Shown here: positions 27,607-36,922 of the stretch, piece after piece
Numbering within the stretch: the first letter of the stretch is position 1
How the letters are laid out: each line of letters starts with the position of its first letter
Source: Patescibacteria group bacterium
GTDB taxonomy: Bacteria; Patescibacteriota; Patescibacteriia; Patescibacteriales; WJLG01
Assembly: GCA_028707065.1 (NCBI GenBank)
Contig: JAQTUZ010000006.1
Location: 7,367-71,366, forward strand
DNA: 64,000 nucleotides
Direction of reading: 5' to 3'
Notes under the pieces: model-generated
The model's input: the letters and a program-made list of their open reading frames with translations, nothing else
Database searches by the model: none
What the model was told of the DNA's origin: nothing
Translations under genes and position numbers: made by a program

Positions 27607-28482
27607 CTATTTCAGCTGGTGAAGTTTTTTATAAAATTCCGCCAATTCTTCGACTTTCGCCAAGTCCAAATGAGCGTCTTTTATTTCTTGCCGGGCAGGA
27701 TTGTCAAAATCAACAGATAATTCTTTCAAGGCGCCGCGAGTATCACTTTCAAGATGCACATTATAAGCCTCGGAAGGATCGAACTCTCCGCCGATTTGCT
27801 CCGAGTTATCAAAACCAAGATATTCTTCGTTTCCAGCGTCTTTATAAACCAACGCTTGCTGGAGCAGTAATTCCATAGTTCCGCCATGGGTGCCGGCCGG
27901 GATTAAAATTTTTGATCCGGAATTTATTTTTTTCATCATCTCCAGATAATGCATCAAGACAAAGGCGTGGGTGCCGGCCACTTCCTTTTTATACGTTTCA
28001 GCCTTCTCCCCTTTTAAAGAGAGTAAATAATTAACGACGCCAGTTTGCGCTTTTTTGGCCGCCGCCGATTTTTCCAAATCCGGCAAAGTGCTGAAATTTT
28101 CCGGCAAAAATGAATTATAAATTTCGACGTGGTGATAAGGGCGCTCGCTGATTATCGTTTCAAAATTTAAAGCCTCGCTCTTTCTGGTATTGAAAGCTTC
28201 TTCACCCGCGATTTCGTGCGAATAGAGATGCGCGGTCTCCAGAGACCGGGCCATTCCTTCTTTGTTTTTTGGGCCGGCATTTGAACCAATCGCTTTAATT
28301 GCAGAAAAGTCATCTTCAGCAACGCCGCTGGCTCTGGCTCGCTCCCTGGTTACTTCCCGGCCGTAATCAGTTAAGTTGCTTTCCTTGTCTCGTTCACCGT
28401 GACGGATAAATTTAACCGTGATACTGACATTGGCTCCTTTTTCCAGAATCGGTTCTTGGTCTAATTTTTTTTCGTTGAACAT
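27607..28482 (-). CDS. Histidine phosphatase superfamily protein (291 aa), inside the island
   Basis: VKFIRHGERDKESNLTDYGRE (RHG motif), second His in IPAGTHGGTMELL; immediately downstream of the ATP-grasp gene. Confidence 0.7.
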   Translation of the reverse strand: MFNEKKLDQEPILEKGANVSITVKFIRHGERDKESNLTDYGREVTRERARASGVAEDDFSAIKAIGSNAGPKNKEGMARSLETAHLYSHEIAGEEAFNTRKSEALNFETIISERPYHHVEIYNSFLPENFSTLPDLEKSAAAKKAQTGVVNYLLSLKGEKAETYKKEVAGTHAFVLMHYLEMMKKINSGSKILIPAGTHGGTMELLLQQALVYKDAGNEEYLGFDNSEQIGGEFDPSEAYNVHLESDTRGALKELSVDFDNPARQEIKDAHLDLAKVEELAEFYKKLHQLK

Positions 28483-28493
28483 ATTTGTCTAAT

Positions 28494-29444
28494 TTATAAA
28501 GTAGTTATCGGCCGGGACTGAACAATATAAAATTTCTTTTTCTCACAGGCCCATTCGATATCGCAGGGAAAATTATAATGTTTTTCAATGCCCAGGCAAA
28601 TTTTAGCCAGTTCAATTATTTCTTTATTGGTCAATTTTTGTTTCTCCTGCGCCGGCTTCAAAACTTTTACCCATTTGATTCTCTTTTTCAAGTCTTTGAC
28701 TAATTTTCTTTCCTGTTGGGCGATATTCACATCCATCAAAAATAAATCTTTTTTGCCCAAGACATAGCTATCCGGCGTGATCGAGCCGGAAACGATCGCT
28801 TCGCCCAGGCCGAAACCGGCCTCGATGATCATTTGGTTTTTATCCTGCGTCACCGGATGAACGGTAAAGGCAATGCCGGAAATTTCCGAATCAACCATTT
28901 TTTGAATGACCACGGCCACGGAAACTTTTGAATCAACCAAACCTTTTTCCTGGCGATAAAAAATCGCCCGCGGCGTAAAAAGTGAAGCCCAGCATCTTTT
29001 CACGTTATCCAACAAAGTTTTCTCGGTCGTATTCAAATACGATTCCAATTCCCCTGCCCAGGATGCGACCGAAGAATCCTCGGCCGTAGCCGAAGAACGC
29101 ACGGCCACGAATTTGGCATCCAACTTTTTAAAATCCGCCTTGATTTCTCTGACGATGTCGGCCGGCATTGTCGCGTCCATGATCAGATCACTAATTTCCG
29201 CGGAAGTCTTGGAAACGGAATTTACATCATCATATTTAACCTTTTTTAATTTGGCCGCGATATCCTGAAACAAATCCGTCTCTTCCAAGAAGCGGTCAAA
29301 GGCCGGCGCCAGAACCACAAATCCCGGCGGCACCGGAATTTTCGCGCCGGTCATCTCGCCCAGCGATGCACCCTTGCCTCCGGCGATATCGACATTCTTT
29401 TTATTCAACTCTTTAAAATTCTTACAAAATTTTTCTTTGGCCAT
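28494..29444 (-). CDS. Stand-alone PEP synthase / PPDK N-terminal ATP-grasp (nucleotide-binding) domain protein (316 aa)
   Basis: VDIAGGKGASLGEMTGAKIPVPPGFVV, VAVRSSATAEDSSVASWAGELESYLN, VAVVIQKMVDSEISGIAFTVHPVT, IIEAGFGLGEAIVSG, ends ...FYIVQSRPITTL. Matches PPDK_N (PF01326-type) with no swivel or TIM-barrel domain attached. Confidence 0.9.
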   Translation of the reverse strand: MAKEKFCKNFKELNKKNVDIAGGKGASLGEMTGAKIPVPPGFVVLAPAFDRFLEETDLFQDIAAKLKKVKYDDVNSVSKTSAEISDLIMDATMPADIVREIKADFKKLDAKFVAVRSSATAEDSSVASWAGELESYLNTTEKTLLDNVKRCWASLFTPRAIFYRQEKGLVDSKVSVAVVIQKMVDSEISGIAFTVHPVTQDKNQMIIEAGFGLGEAIVSGSITPDSYVLGKKDLFLMDVNIAQQERKLVKDLKKRIKWVKVLKPAQEKQKLTNKEIIELAKICLGIEKHYNFPCDIEWACEKKKFYIVQSRPITTL

Positions 29445-29448
29445 AAAA

Positions 29449-30996
29449 TTATTTGATTATTTTAACTAAACCATTTTTTAAATCCATCTCTATCAAATCG
29501 CCGTCATGCAAAATTTCGGTGGCGATTTTTGTTCCGATAATACAGGGTACTTTCAACTCCCGGGAAATTATCGCCGCATGCGTGGTGATGCCGCCCTCAT
29601 TAGTGATAATTGCCCCCGCTTTCTTCATTAACGGCACGAATTCCGGCCTCGTCATTCCGGTCACTAAAATTTCGCCTTCTGCCAAGAAATCATTTTCCGG
29701 ATCAAGAACGATTTTTACCCTTCCCTTCACGGCGTTTCCTGATTTTCCCGCCGAAGCGACAAATCCCTTAATTATGCCGGCAGGCAATAATTCTTCTCCC
29801 TGCTTTTTAAATGATCGCTTTATTTCGTCAGCCTCTTGGCCGAAAATATCTTTTGTTTTCAATAAACCTTTTTCAAAATATGAAAAGAAAAGGACTTTAT
29901 TCCTTTTATCCAATTCCTTCGGGGAAATTTTCTTATTTCTTTCGAGAAGCCCGATTAGGTCAGTAAAAAAATAAAAAGACAAATCAGTTCGGGAAATTTT
30001 AAATCTTTTCGCCGTTTCTCCAAGCACCCGATCGATACAATAGATCAGCCGCAAAATATTTTCTTTCCGCTTATCCTGCCAAAAGGAAAAATCTCTGATT
30101 ATCACAAAAAATAATTTCGACTCGGCGGACATTCCATATTTAGCATAAATATTCCGCAAGCTTTTTTTTGCCAAAATTTCCCGGTTCTTTAAGCTATATT
30201 CCTCTTTGTTTATCTGCTTAATGGTCTTTTTTTCGATTTCCGCGGCAAGGGAATTCAAAAAATAATCCTCGTTCAAATAGTTGGCTTTTTTGTAGCCATT
30301 TTGAATCCAAAAATAGCTATCAGCATGATTATCAAGCTCTTGCTTGAACTTTTTAAATTTTATCAAAACAGCCGGATTTTTTTTCAATACCGCATTTTTT
30401 AATTTTGCATCCTTAAGCGCCATTTTAGCCAAGCTTAAAAGATGTAGTTTTTCCCGTTCAATAAAACCGAGCTTTTCCGAAGCGGTTAAGGCATGGATAG
30501 CTTTCGGCAATTCGCTCGCTGGAATATTTTTTAAATTATCGGCATAGTCTTTCTCAGATAAAAAATCCAACGCCTCGGTAATAATCGCGTAGCCGAACAT
30601 CTTTCGGCCAAATTTCTTAAATTCTGCAAGCAGGGCCGCCAAACGCATATTCGAGAAAACGGATAGGTCGGCTAATTTTGTTTCTTGAATTTTTTTTTCA
30701 ATGTTTAAGGAAACTTCCTCAAACTTCCTTCCTTTTTCTTTGAAATAATTTTTATCATTTCTATATTTCTCCGCGACCCAAGAAAGCGTCTGTCTGGTTT
30801 CATCCTCTCTTGACCATTCAAATAAATAATTATCACCGAGATAATAAGCGCAAACCGAAAAGATCTCTTTTTGATAAACTTTTTTTGTTTCTAAATAACA
30901 GGTTTTGAAAAGATCGACAAAACAATTGGCAGCCGGAGTTTCCTCTTCTTTCCATTGATGTAATTCGATAATTTTTAATATTTCTTTAATATTCAT
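29449..30996 (-). CDS. Phosphohistidine swivel-domain protein, long class (about 515 aa)
   Basis: C-terminus ITNEGGITTHAAIISRELKVPCIIGT; N-domain LTASEKLGFIEREKLHLL, DSYFWIQNGY, FWQDKRK. The track start at 31002 is TTG, so ATG 30996 (MNIKEILK) is preferred. Confidence 0.85.
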   Translation of the reverse strand: MNIKEILKIIELHQWKEEETPAANCFVDLFKTCYLETKKVYQKEIFSVCAYYLGDNYLFEWSREDETRQTLSWVAEKYRNDKNYFKEKGRKFEEVSLNIEKKIQETKLADLSVFSNMRLAALLAEFKKFGRKMFGYAIITEALDFLSEKDYADNLKNIPASELPKAIHALTASEKLGFIEREKLHLLSLAKMALKDAKLKNAVLKKNPAVLIKFKKFKQELDNHADSYFWIQNGYKKANYLNEDYFLNSLAAEIEKKTIKQINKEEYSLKNREILAKKSLRNIYAKYGMSAESKLFFVIIRDFSFWQDKRKENILRLIYCIDRVLGETAKRFKISRTDLSFYFFTDLIGLLERNKKISPKELDKRNKVLFFSYFEKGLLKTKDIFGQEADEIKRSFKKQGEELLPAGIIKGFVASAGKSGNAVKGRVKIVLDPENDFLAEGEILVTGMTRPEFVPLMKKAGAIITNEGGITTHAAIISRELKVPCIIGTKIATEILHDGDLIEMDLKNGLVKIIK

Positions 30997-30998
30997 TT

Positions 30999-32444
30999 TC
31001 AACTTAAAATTTTAATCATTCCCTTATCCGCATCGACTTCCACCGTCATCCCGTCACGTAAAACTTGCGTGGCGATCTTAGTGCCGACGACGCAGGGAAT
31101 GCCGAGCTCGCGGGAAATAATCGCCGCGTGGCAAGTGATACCTCCCTCGTCGGTAATGATGGCGCGCGAAATTTTCATAATCGGCACGTAATCCGGCAAA
31201 GTCATGCCGGTGACCAAAATATCGCCCGGTTTTATTTTCTTAAATCCTTCTTGGGCGCCCTGGCAAACCTTGACCGTGCCGGTGACTTTACCCTTGGTGG
31301 CGCCGGTACCTTTGAATTCTTGAATGTCGCCGCCGGCGTTGGCCATTTCTTTTTTTCTTAATTTGATCGCTTTGTCTCCGGAAATTAACTTAATGCCGTT
31401 TTTGCCGGCAATCACTGCCACGGCTTTCAGGCGGCGGGCAATTTCTTTTTTATCAATCTGACCGCCGGCCAGTATTTTCTTTATTTCTTCATGCGTGAAA
31501 AATTCGCGCCCATTTTTTTCAATCTTGCATCTTCGCGCTGCCTCGTTCAACAGTAAATTATTGGCAAAAACCGTCCGCACCTGCATTTCCTTGCGCAAAT
31601 CATGCAAATAAGCGAACTGATCGAATATTTCCAACCAATATTTAACTTTGTCCCCAAAATGATATTTTTTTAAAGCCTCTTGCCTTTGCCGACTGATTTT
31701 TTTCAAATGCTCAGCTCGATCGGCTAAAACTTTTTTCATATTTCTTTCCCGGCGCCGCTTAGCTATTTCCCGACGATAATAATGCATAATTCGGGGCCGA
31801 AGATTTTCCCAGCCCAAACAAACCCACCAGAATTCCTGATAAATTTTGGCGATCTCTCGATCAGAAACCTTTTTTTGCCGAGCCAGTTTAATGATTGCCT
31901 CTTCTTCGCGGCTGACAAATGTCTGATAGATCGGCGCGGATAAAGCCCGATAAAGATCAGAAAATCCCTGCTCGGCAACCGATATTTTATTTTCGCTAAG
32001 TTTGCTTTTTAAGATTTTGGTTAAAAAATTTTCCGAGACCGAATCAAAAGCGTCCAGATCGATCATGGAAAAACCAACTGCCAACCCTGCCTCCTTTTCC
32101 AGATAATCATAAAATTTAATCAAATCCGCGTTGCTGGCCTTGGCCAAATTCATCTTTCTTATTTTTTCCGTCGCCCCGACGGCTTTTTTCACCGCGGCGA
32201 TATATTTACGATAATATTCATCACACTTCTTTTTCTTAGCCAAACCGGCCAACAATGAATTCCCCCATTCGGTTATTTCCTTTTTCGACCATGACCACCA
32301 TAATTTTTCCCCTTCGTTAACATAAAAAATCAGCAAAGAATGCTTTTTGCCGGTCTTGGGGATCGCCCGCGCCATCGCCTTAAAAAAATCCACCCGATGC
32401 AACGGAATCGTCCCTCTGGTATAAATTTCCCATTTATCGTTCAT
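30999..32444 (-). CDS. Phosphohistidine swivel-domain protein, long class (481 aa)
   Basis: C-terminus ITDEGGITCHAAIISRELGIPCVVGT; N-domain LSAPIYQTFVSREEEAII, EFWWVCLGWEN, YLHDLRKE. Confidence 0.85.
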   Translation of the reverse strand: MNDKWEIYTRGTIPLHRVDFFKAMARAIPKTGKKHSLLIFYVNEGEKLWWSWSKKEITEWGNSLLAGLAKKKKCDEYYRKYIAAVKKAVGATEKIRKMNLAKASNADLIKFYDYLEKEAGLAVGFSMIDLDAFDSVSENFLTKILKSKLSENKISVAEQGFSDLYRALSAPIYQTFVSREEEAIIKLARQKKVSDREIAKIYQEFWWVCLGWENLRPRIMHYYRREIAKRRRERNMKKVLADRAEHLKKISRQRQEALKKYHFGDKVKYWLEIFDQFAYLHDLRKEMQVRTVFANNLLLNEAARRCKIEKNGREFFTHEEIKKILAGGQIDKKEIARRLKAVAVIAGKNGIKLISGDKAIKLRKKEMANAGGDIQEFKGTGATKGKVTGTVKVCQGAQEGFKKIKPGDILVTGMTLPDYVPIMKISRAIITDEGGITCHAAIISRELGIPCVVGTKIATQVLRDGMTVEVDADKGMIKILS

Positions 32445-32448
32445 ATTA

Positions 32449-33951
32449 TTATTTCAAAATTTTTATCAAGCCCTTGTCCGCGTCAACTTCAACTAAATCG
32501 CCTTCGCGCAAAACTTGGGTGGCAATCTTCGTGCCCACCAGGCAAGGTATGCCCAACTCTCGGGAAACGATCGCCGCGTGGCAGGTTACCCCACCCTCAT
32601 TGGTGACAATAGCGGCGGCCTTTTTCATGGCCGAAATAAGATCGGGACTGGTCGCCTGCGATACCAAGATATTTCCCTTCTTCATTTTACCCAAATCTTC
32701 TATCGTATTAATTATCTTTACAATCCCTTTGGCCTTGCCCGCTTGGGCCGGCATGCCTTTTATCTCGCGGGAGTTTACGTTTATTTTGGAGCTGATAAAT
32801 TTAATCTTATCGAATCCTTTTACTGCTTCCTTGCCAACTTTCATTTCCGTTCCCTGGCCGGAGGAAACTGTGATTAAAAAATCTTTCATTCTTTCTTCAA
32901 CAATTTTCTTCAATTCTTTCGGATTGGTTTCCAAATATTTTTCAAACTCCTCAGCTAAAATATATTTTGATTGTATGGCCGTCAAACCGGCTCTCCGGCC
33001 AAGCTCTTCGTCGATAAATTTCAAATTATACATGGCTTTCAAAAATTCATACTCCCGAACCCATTTATAATAACCCAGCCAACTTATCAGCCCGAACAAC
33101 TTTCTTTCTTTGGTATTCAGTTTTAATTTAGCGGCCGCCTGATTAAAATCATCAAGGGCGCGCTGATTGTAATTATTCAAGTAACCCAAGCGCAGACTAT
33201 TATCGGTTCTCGCCTTCTCCAAAACAAGTTTGGCGAAATAGTCTGAATCCCAAGCTGGCTTATGGGCAAAGTCATAAGAGAGCCAGCCGTATTCGGATAT
33301 TAAATATCGCAGCTTATCCCGAAAAACTCTCTTAAGCTCTTTTGCTGATTTTATTTTTTTATTTTTTGCCGCTTGAGCTAATTTCAAAACATCAATCTCC
33401 TGGTCGTGCGTCTTTAACTTTTTCAAAGGGCTGGTAAGCGCGACAAAGTAATCGGCAAAATTTTCCGGATTATTTTCGGTTTTCTTTCTCAGTATTTTTT
33501 CAGCCTTAAGATACAGAAGGTTATCGTCGCGATAACCGATCATCGTCGGCGCCGCGCCATAAGAATACATTCGGAATAGTTCTTTGATAAAATCTTTAAA
33601 AAATCCGATCAAAACCGCATTTTTCTCTTGGCGCAAATCTTTATTTAAGAATTTGCTCGAAAACTTATTAAGTTTGATCGCTCTTTGATATGCCTCCTTC
33701 AAAATACGCATAAAAAATGCCTGGTCTGTCAGTGCCCGAGCGGCAATCTTGTTTATTGTGTCTTTCATGCCGCGATCTTCCCAGAAGTAAACGCTGCGCG
33801 CGTTTTTCCAATATGTGCCGACATTATTGATCGAACTTTCGGGAAAAACTTTTTTAAAACCGAAAACAGTGGCCGCCATGCAGGTTTTCATCAGTATCAA
33901 TGGGTAAGGACGGTTGTCGAAAAGTTTAAAATATTCCTGTTTCGATTTCAT
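32449..33951 (-). CDS. Phosphohistidine swivel-domain protein, long class (500 aa)
   Basis: C-terminus VTNEGGVTCHAAIVSRELGIPCLVGT; its start overlaps the upstream stop by 1 nt (TAATG). Confidence 0.85.
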   Translation of the reverse strand: MKSKQEYFKLFDNRPYPLILMKTCMAATVFGFKKVFPESSINNVGTYWKNARSVYFWEDRGMKDTINKIAARALTDQAFFMRILKEAYQRAIKLNKFSSKFLNKDLRQEKNAVLIGFFKDFIKELFRMYSYGAAPTMIGYRDDNLLYLKAEKILRKKTENNPENFADYFVALTSPLKKLKTHDQEIDVLKLAQAAKNKKIKSAKELKRVFRDKLRYLISEYGWLSYDFAHKPAWDSDYFAKLVLEKARTDNSLRLGYLNNYNQRALDDFNQAAAKLKLNTKERKLFGLISWLGYYKWVREYEFLKAMYNLKFIDEELGRRAGLTAIQSKYILAEEFEKYLETNPKELKKIVEERMKDFLITVSSGQGTEMKVGKEAVKGFDKIKFISSKINVNSREIKGMPAQAGKAKGIVKIINTIEDLGKMKKGNILVSQATSPDLISAMKKAAAIVTNEGGVTCHAAIVSRELGIPCLVGTKIATQVLREGDLVEVDADKGLIKILK

Positions 33952-35486
33952 TATTTTATAATCTTAATTATTCCGCTTTTCAGATCCATTTCCACGTTAT
34001 CGCCGGTTTTCAATTTCTGCGTGGCGTTTTTGGTGCCGATGATCGCGGGAATGCCGAGTTCGCGGGAAACGATGGCGGCGTGGCAGGCGATGCCGCCTTC
34101 GTTGGTGATCACCGCCTTCGCCTGGCGCATTAACGGGATAAATTCCACTCTCGTCATCGAGGTTACCAAAATATCGCCGGCTTTAATTTTATCTTTATCC
34201 AGATCAAGGACAATCGACACCCGGCCGGAAATTTTACTTTGGCCGGCGGAGGAAGCGACAAAACCTTTCAGTCCTTGGCTTTCCGCCCCCTGGCGCATAG
34301 CGGCAAGAAATAAATCCTTGCCGGCTTGACCGGAAAAAATACTTGGCGCTTCCAGCTCGTTGGTAAAAACCAGGAAAACACCCTCGGACGACCTTTTTTT
34401 AACTTGACTGACTGATATTTTTTTACCGCTCTTTAAAAATTCATCAAGCTCCGCGATTAAATAAGAAGAAATTTCCTCATAGCTTAAACCCAAATACTCC
34501 GCCAAATCCTCAAGAAAAGTAAAAGTATAATAGCACGCCTCCATCATCCATTTTTTGCGCCAATCGATCCAGGTAGCGATCAGCAGGGAAAAATCCAAAT
34601 CCTTTTTATCTGCCTTGGTCAATTTCAACCCACCCAAAATTTTATTTTTTTCCCGCTGAATTTTCCGAAAATTATTTTCTATCTCAGCTAATTCTTTGGC
34701 TAAATTTTTCTTACCCTTATTAATTATTTCCTCTTTAACTTTAGCCAGGAATTCCGCGGCGCTGATGCGGTGAGCGCGATAATAATCGGTTTTGGTCCAA
34801 AAACTCTGCGCCAAATATTTTTTGACTAGCGTGGCAACTTTTTTATCTTGCAGTAATTCAACATTACTTTTTTTACTCCACCCTTTTTTAATCAGATAAA
34901 GGCTGGTTTTTAAAGACGTAATCCGGCCCAGATTCATAACCGACTGTTCGGCCGGATGAGACAGCGTCATGATTATCCGCCGGGCTTCATTGATTTCTAT
35001 TTTATTGCGCCGGGCGAAACGCGGGACCACTTCGCGATTGATCACTTCTCCTTTATCTTCCCCGAGCACGCTATACGGCCACCATTGCCGGGATTTTTCC
35101 TTGAAACGCCGATAAAATTCCCCCCACTCGGCGCGCGACAAAGATTTCTTTTCTCGGATTTCAAATTTACGCCAAAGACTAGCCATCTCTTCGGTTATTC
35201 TTTTCTGTGCGACCATTAGCTCCCGGACTTTTTTCGGATTTTTTTGATAGTCGCGATAGATTTGCGAACCGATATCATTAATCAATCTCTTGGGGGTCAT
35301 CTGATAATAACCGGACTTTTTTCCCGAAGCCTCATAAGTAAATATCGGGCTGAATTTAAAGCCGCTGACCAAATTGAATTTAGCGTAAGCGCTGAAAGCC
35401 AAATCCAAAATCAGCAAATTCGCGGTGGCATTTTGAATATCCAGCTCATTGCTTTTAAGATATTTAAAAATTTGTTTTTTAGTCAT
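33951..35486 (-). CDS. Phosphohistidine swivel-domain protein, long class (511 aa)
   Basis: C-terminus ITNEGGIACHAAIVSRELGIPAIIGT; N-domain QSFWTKTDYY, TWIDWRKK. Confidence 0.85.
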   Translation of the reverse strand: MTKKQIFKYLKSNELDIQNATANLLILDLAFSAYAKFNLVSGFKFSPIFTYEASGKKSGYYQMTPKRLINDIGSQIYRDYQKNPKKVRELMVAQKRITEEMASLWRKFEIREKKSLSRAEWGEFYRRFKEKSRQWWPYSVLGEDKGEVINREVVPRFARRNKIEINEARRIIMTLSHPAEQSVMNLGRITSLKTSLYLIKKGWSKKSNVELLQDKKVATLVKKYLAQSFWTKTDYYRAHRISAAEFLAKVKEEIINKGKKNLAKELAEIENNFRKIQREKNKILGGLKLTKADKKDLDFSLLIATWIDWRKKWMMEACYYTFTFLEDLAEYLGLSYEEISSYLIAELDEFLKSGKKISVSQVKKRSSEGVFLVFTNELEAPSIFSGQAGKDLFLAAMRQGAESQGLKGFVASSAGQSKISGRVSIVLDLDKDKIKAGDILVTSMTRVEFIPLMRQAKAVITNEGGIACHAAIVSRELGIPAIIGTKNATQKLKTGDNVEMDLKSGIIKIIK

Positions 35487-35490
35487 AATC

Positions 35491-36915
35491 TTAACGTAAA
35501 ATTTTCACCACGCCGTGGTTGGCGCGGACTTCAAGAAGCATGCCGGTTTTTAAAACTTTGGTCGCCACTTTTGTGCCAATGATCGCCGGGATTCCCAGCT
35601 CGCGGGAAATTATCGCCGCGTGACTTGTAATTCCGCCCTCGTCGGTGACAATCGCCGCCGCCTTTTTTAAAGCCGTCATAAATTCCGGGCGAGTCATTGA
35701 AGCCACCACCACATCACCAACTTCGACTTTAGCCAATGAGGCCAGATCGCGGCAAATAATCGCCCGACCGACCGCCGTGCCGATATTAGCAATCGAACCA
35801 TGAATTTCTTTTTTGTTTTCCTCGCTGGCGGTGATCCGTTCATTTTTAAAGGCGATTAATTTTTTCGCCGTTTTTTCAGTATAAGAATATTCCTGGCTGT
35901 TATTGGTCAAAAAAACCACGCCGCTCTTTCTAATCTCTAATTGATTTTTCAACGACCTGATGTCTTTGAATGATTTAATCCGGCGCATATCCTTAACTCC
36001 CAAATAAAGTAAAAAAACATACGGGATTTTCATTCGACGGGCGATTTCTTTGAGCAAGCGGGCAAGATAACCGACCGTCCTTAAAGTTTCCGCCTTTCTT
36101 TCATCCTGCCAAATAGCCGCAAAATTAATGATCTTAGCCATCGCTTCGGTCGCGCGGCTTAATTTTATTTTCTCCGGCGGATTCTTTACCGCATTTTTCT
36201 TTTCCGCCGCCGCTATTTTTTTCAATTTTTCCGCGAAAAAATCAGCCTTAAGTTCTTGCACTCCCGCATAACTATTCAAAATCCAAAAATATTTTTTAGC
36301 ATGCTCTGGCAATTTTTCTTTTCTTACCCGGCTGGAAAATTTAAGCAATTTTTTCAGTTCCAATTCTTCTCGGGCGATAAAAGACAGTTTAGTCGGCGCA
36401 GTTAAAATTCCGAAATAATGATTAAATTCGTCTTTATTCTTTATTTCCGCGAATAAACTCTTCTTGAATTCATTCTCGATTTCAATGCCGACGGCGTCCA
36501 CCAAATGGGAAATACCAACCGAATCCATCTGCGCCTGATTTAATTTTTTCAAAATGGCCATCAATTCTCCCTGGAAAATTTTTTTCAGATCAAGCCGGTC
36601 GATTTTTTTAAACAAAGCTCGGTGCGGCTGAAAAATCTGACTATATCTTCTCTTTTGCTGTTTCAAATAATCCGGATTCCGCTTCAATTTATTTTTAACT
36701 ATTCCCCAAATCCGCCGGAAATCATCAGCTAAATACCACATTTCGCCGTAGCCATTGGCATAATTATGGATAAACATGGAATAGCCGAAACCCAGCTCCC
36801 TTTTCATCGCGAAACCGCTGTAGGCCGGCAGATTGAGAAAACTGGGCACGGCGTTGAATCCCTGCACGTACCAATCTTTTTTCAGTGCTCGTTTTAGTAA
36901 ATTAATTTTCCCCAT
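35491..36915 (-). CDS. Phosphohistidine swivel-domain protein, long class (474 aa)
   Basis: C-terminus VTDEGGITSHAAIISRELGIPAIIGT; N-domain LTAPTKLSFIAREELEL, KKYFWILNSYAG, IWQDERK. Confidence 0.85.
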   Translation of the reverse strand: MGKINLLKRALKKDWYVQGFNAVPSFLNLPAYSGFAMKRELGFGYSMFIHNYANGYGEMWYLADDFRRIWGIVKNKLKRNPDYLKQQKRRYSQIFQPHRALFKKIDRLDLKKIFQGELMAILKKLNQAQMDSVGISHLVDAVGIEIENEFKKSLFAEIKNKDEFNHYFGILTAPTKLSFIAREELELKKLLKFSSRVRKEKLPEHAKKYFWILNSYAGVQELKADFFAEKLKKIAAAEKKNAVKNPPEKIKLSRATEAMAKIINFAAIWQDERKAETLRTVGYLARLLKEIARRMKIPYVFLLYLGVKDMRRIKSFKDIRSLKNQLEIRKSGVVFLTNNSQEYSYTEKTAKKLIAFKNERITASEENKKEIHGSIANIGTAVGRAIICRDLASLAKVEVGDVVVASMTRPEFMTALKKAAAIVTDEGGITSHAAIISRELGIPAIIGTKVATKVLKTGMLLEVRANHGVVKILR

Positions 36916-36922
36916 ACCAAAA

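Noticed and set aside
11866-34329. Recurring + strand ORFs with similar peptides (...STSTRSPSR.TLVAIFVP(M/T).QG...), e.g. 11866..12291, 24179..24367, 25221..25646, 26498..26857, 29453..29974, 32474..33070, 33685..34329
   Set aside because: Their conservation is a mirror image of the conserved swivel-domain coding sequence on the minus strand. They are not an independent gene family.
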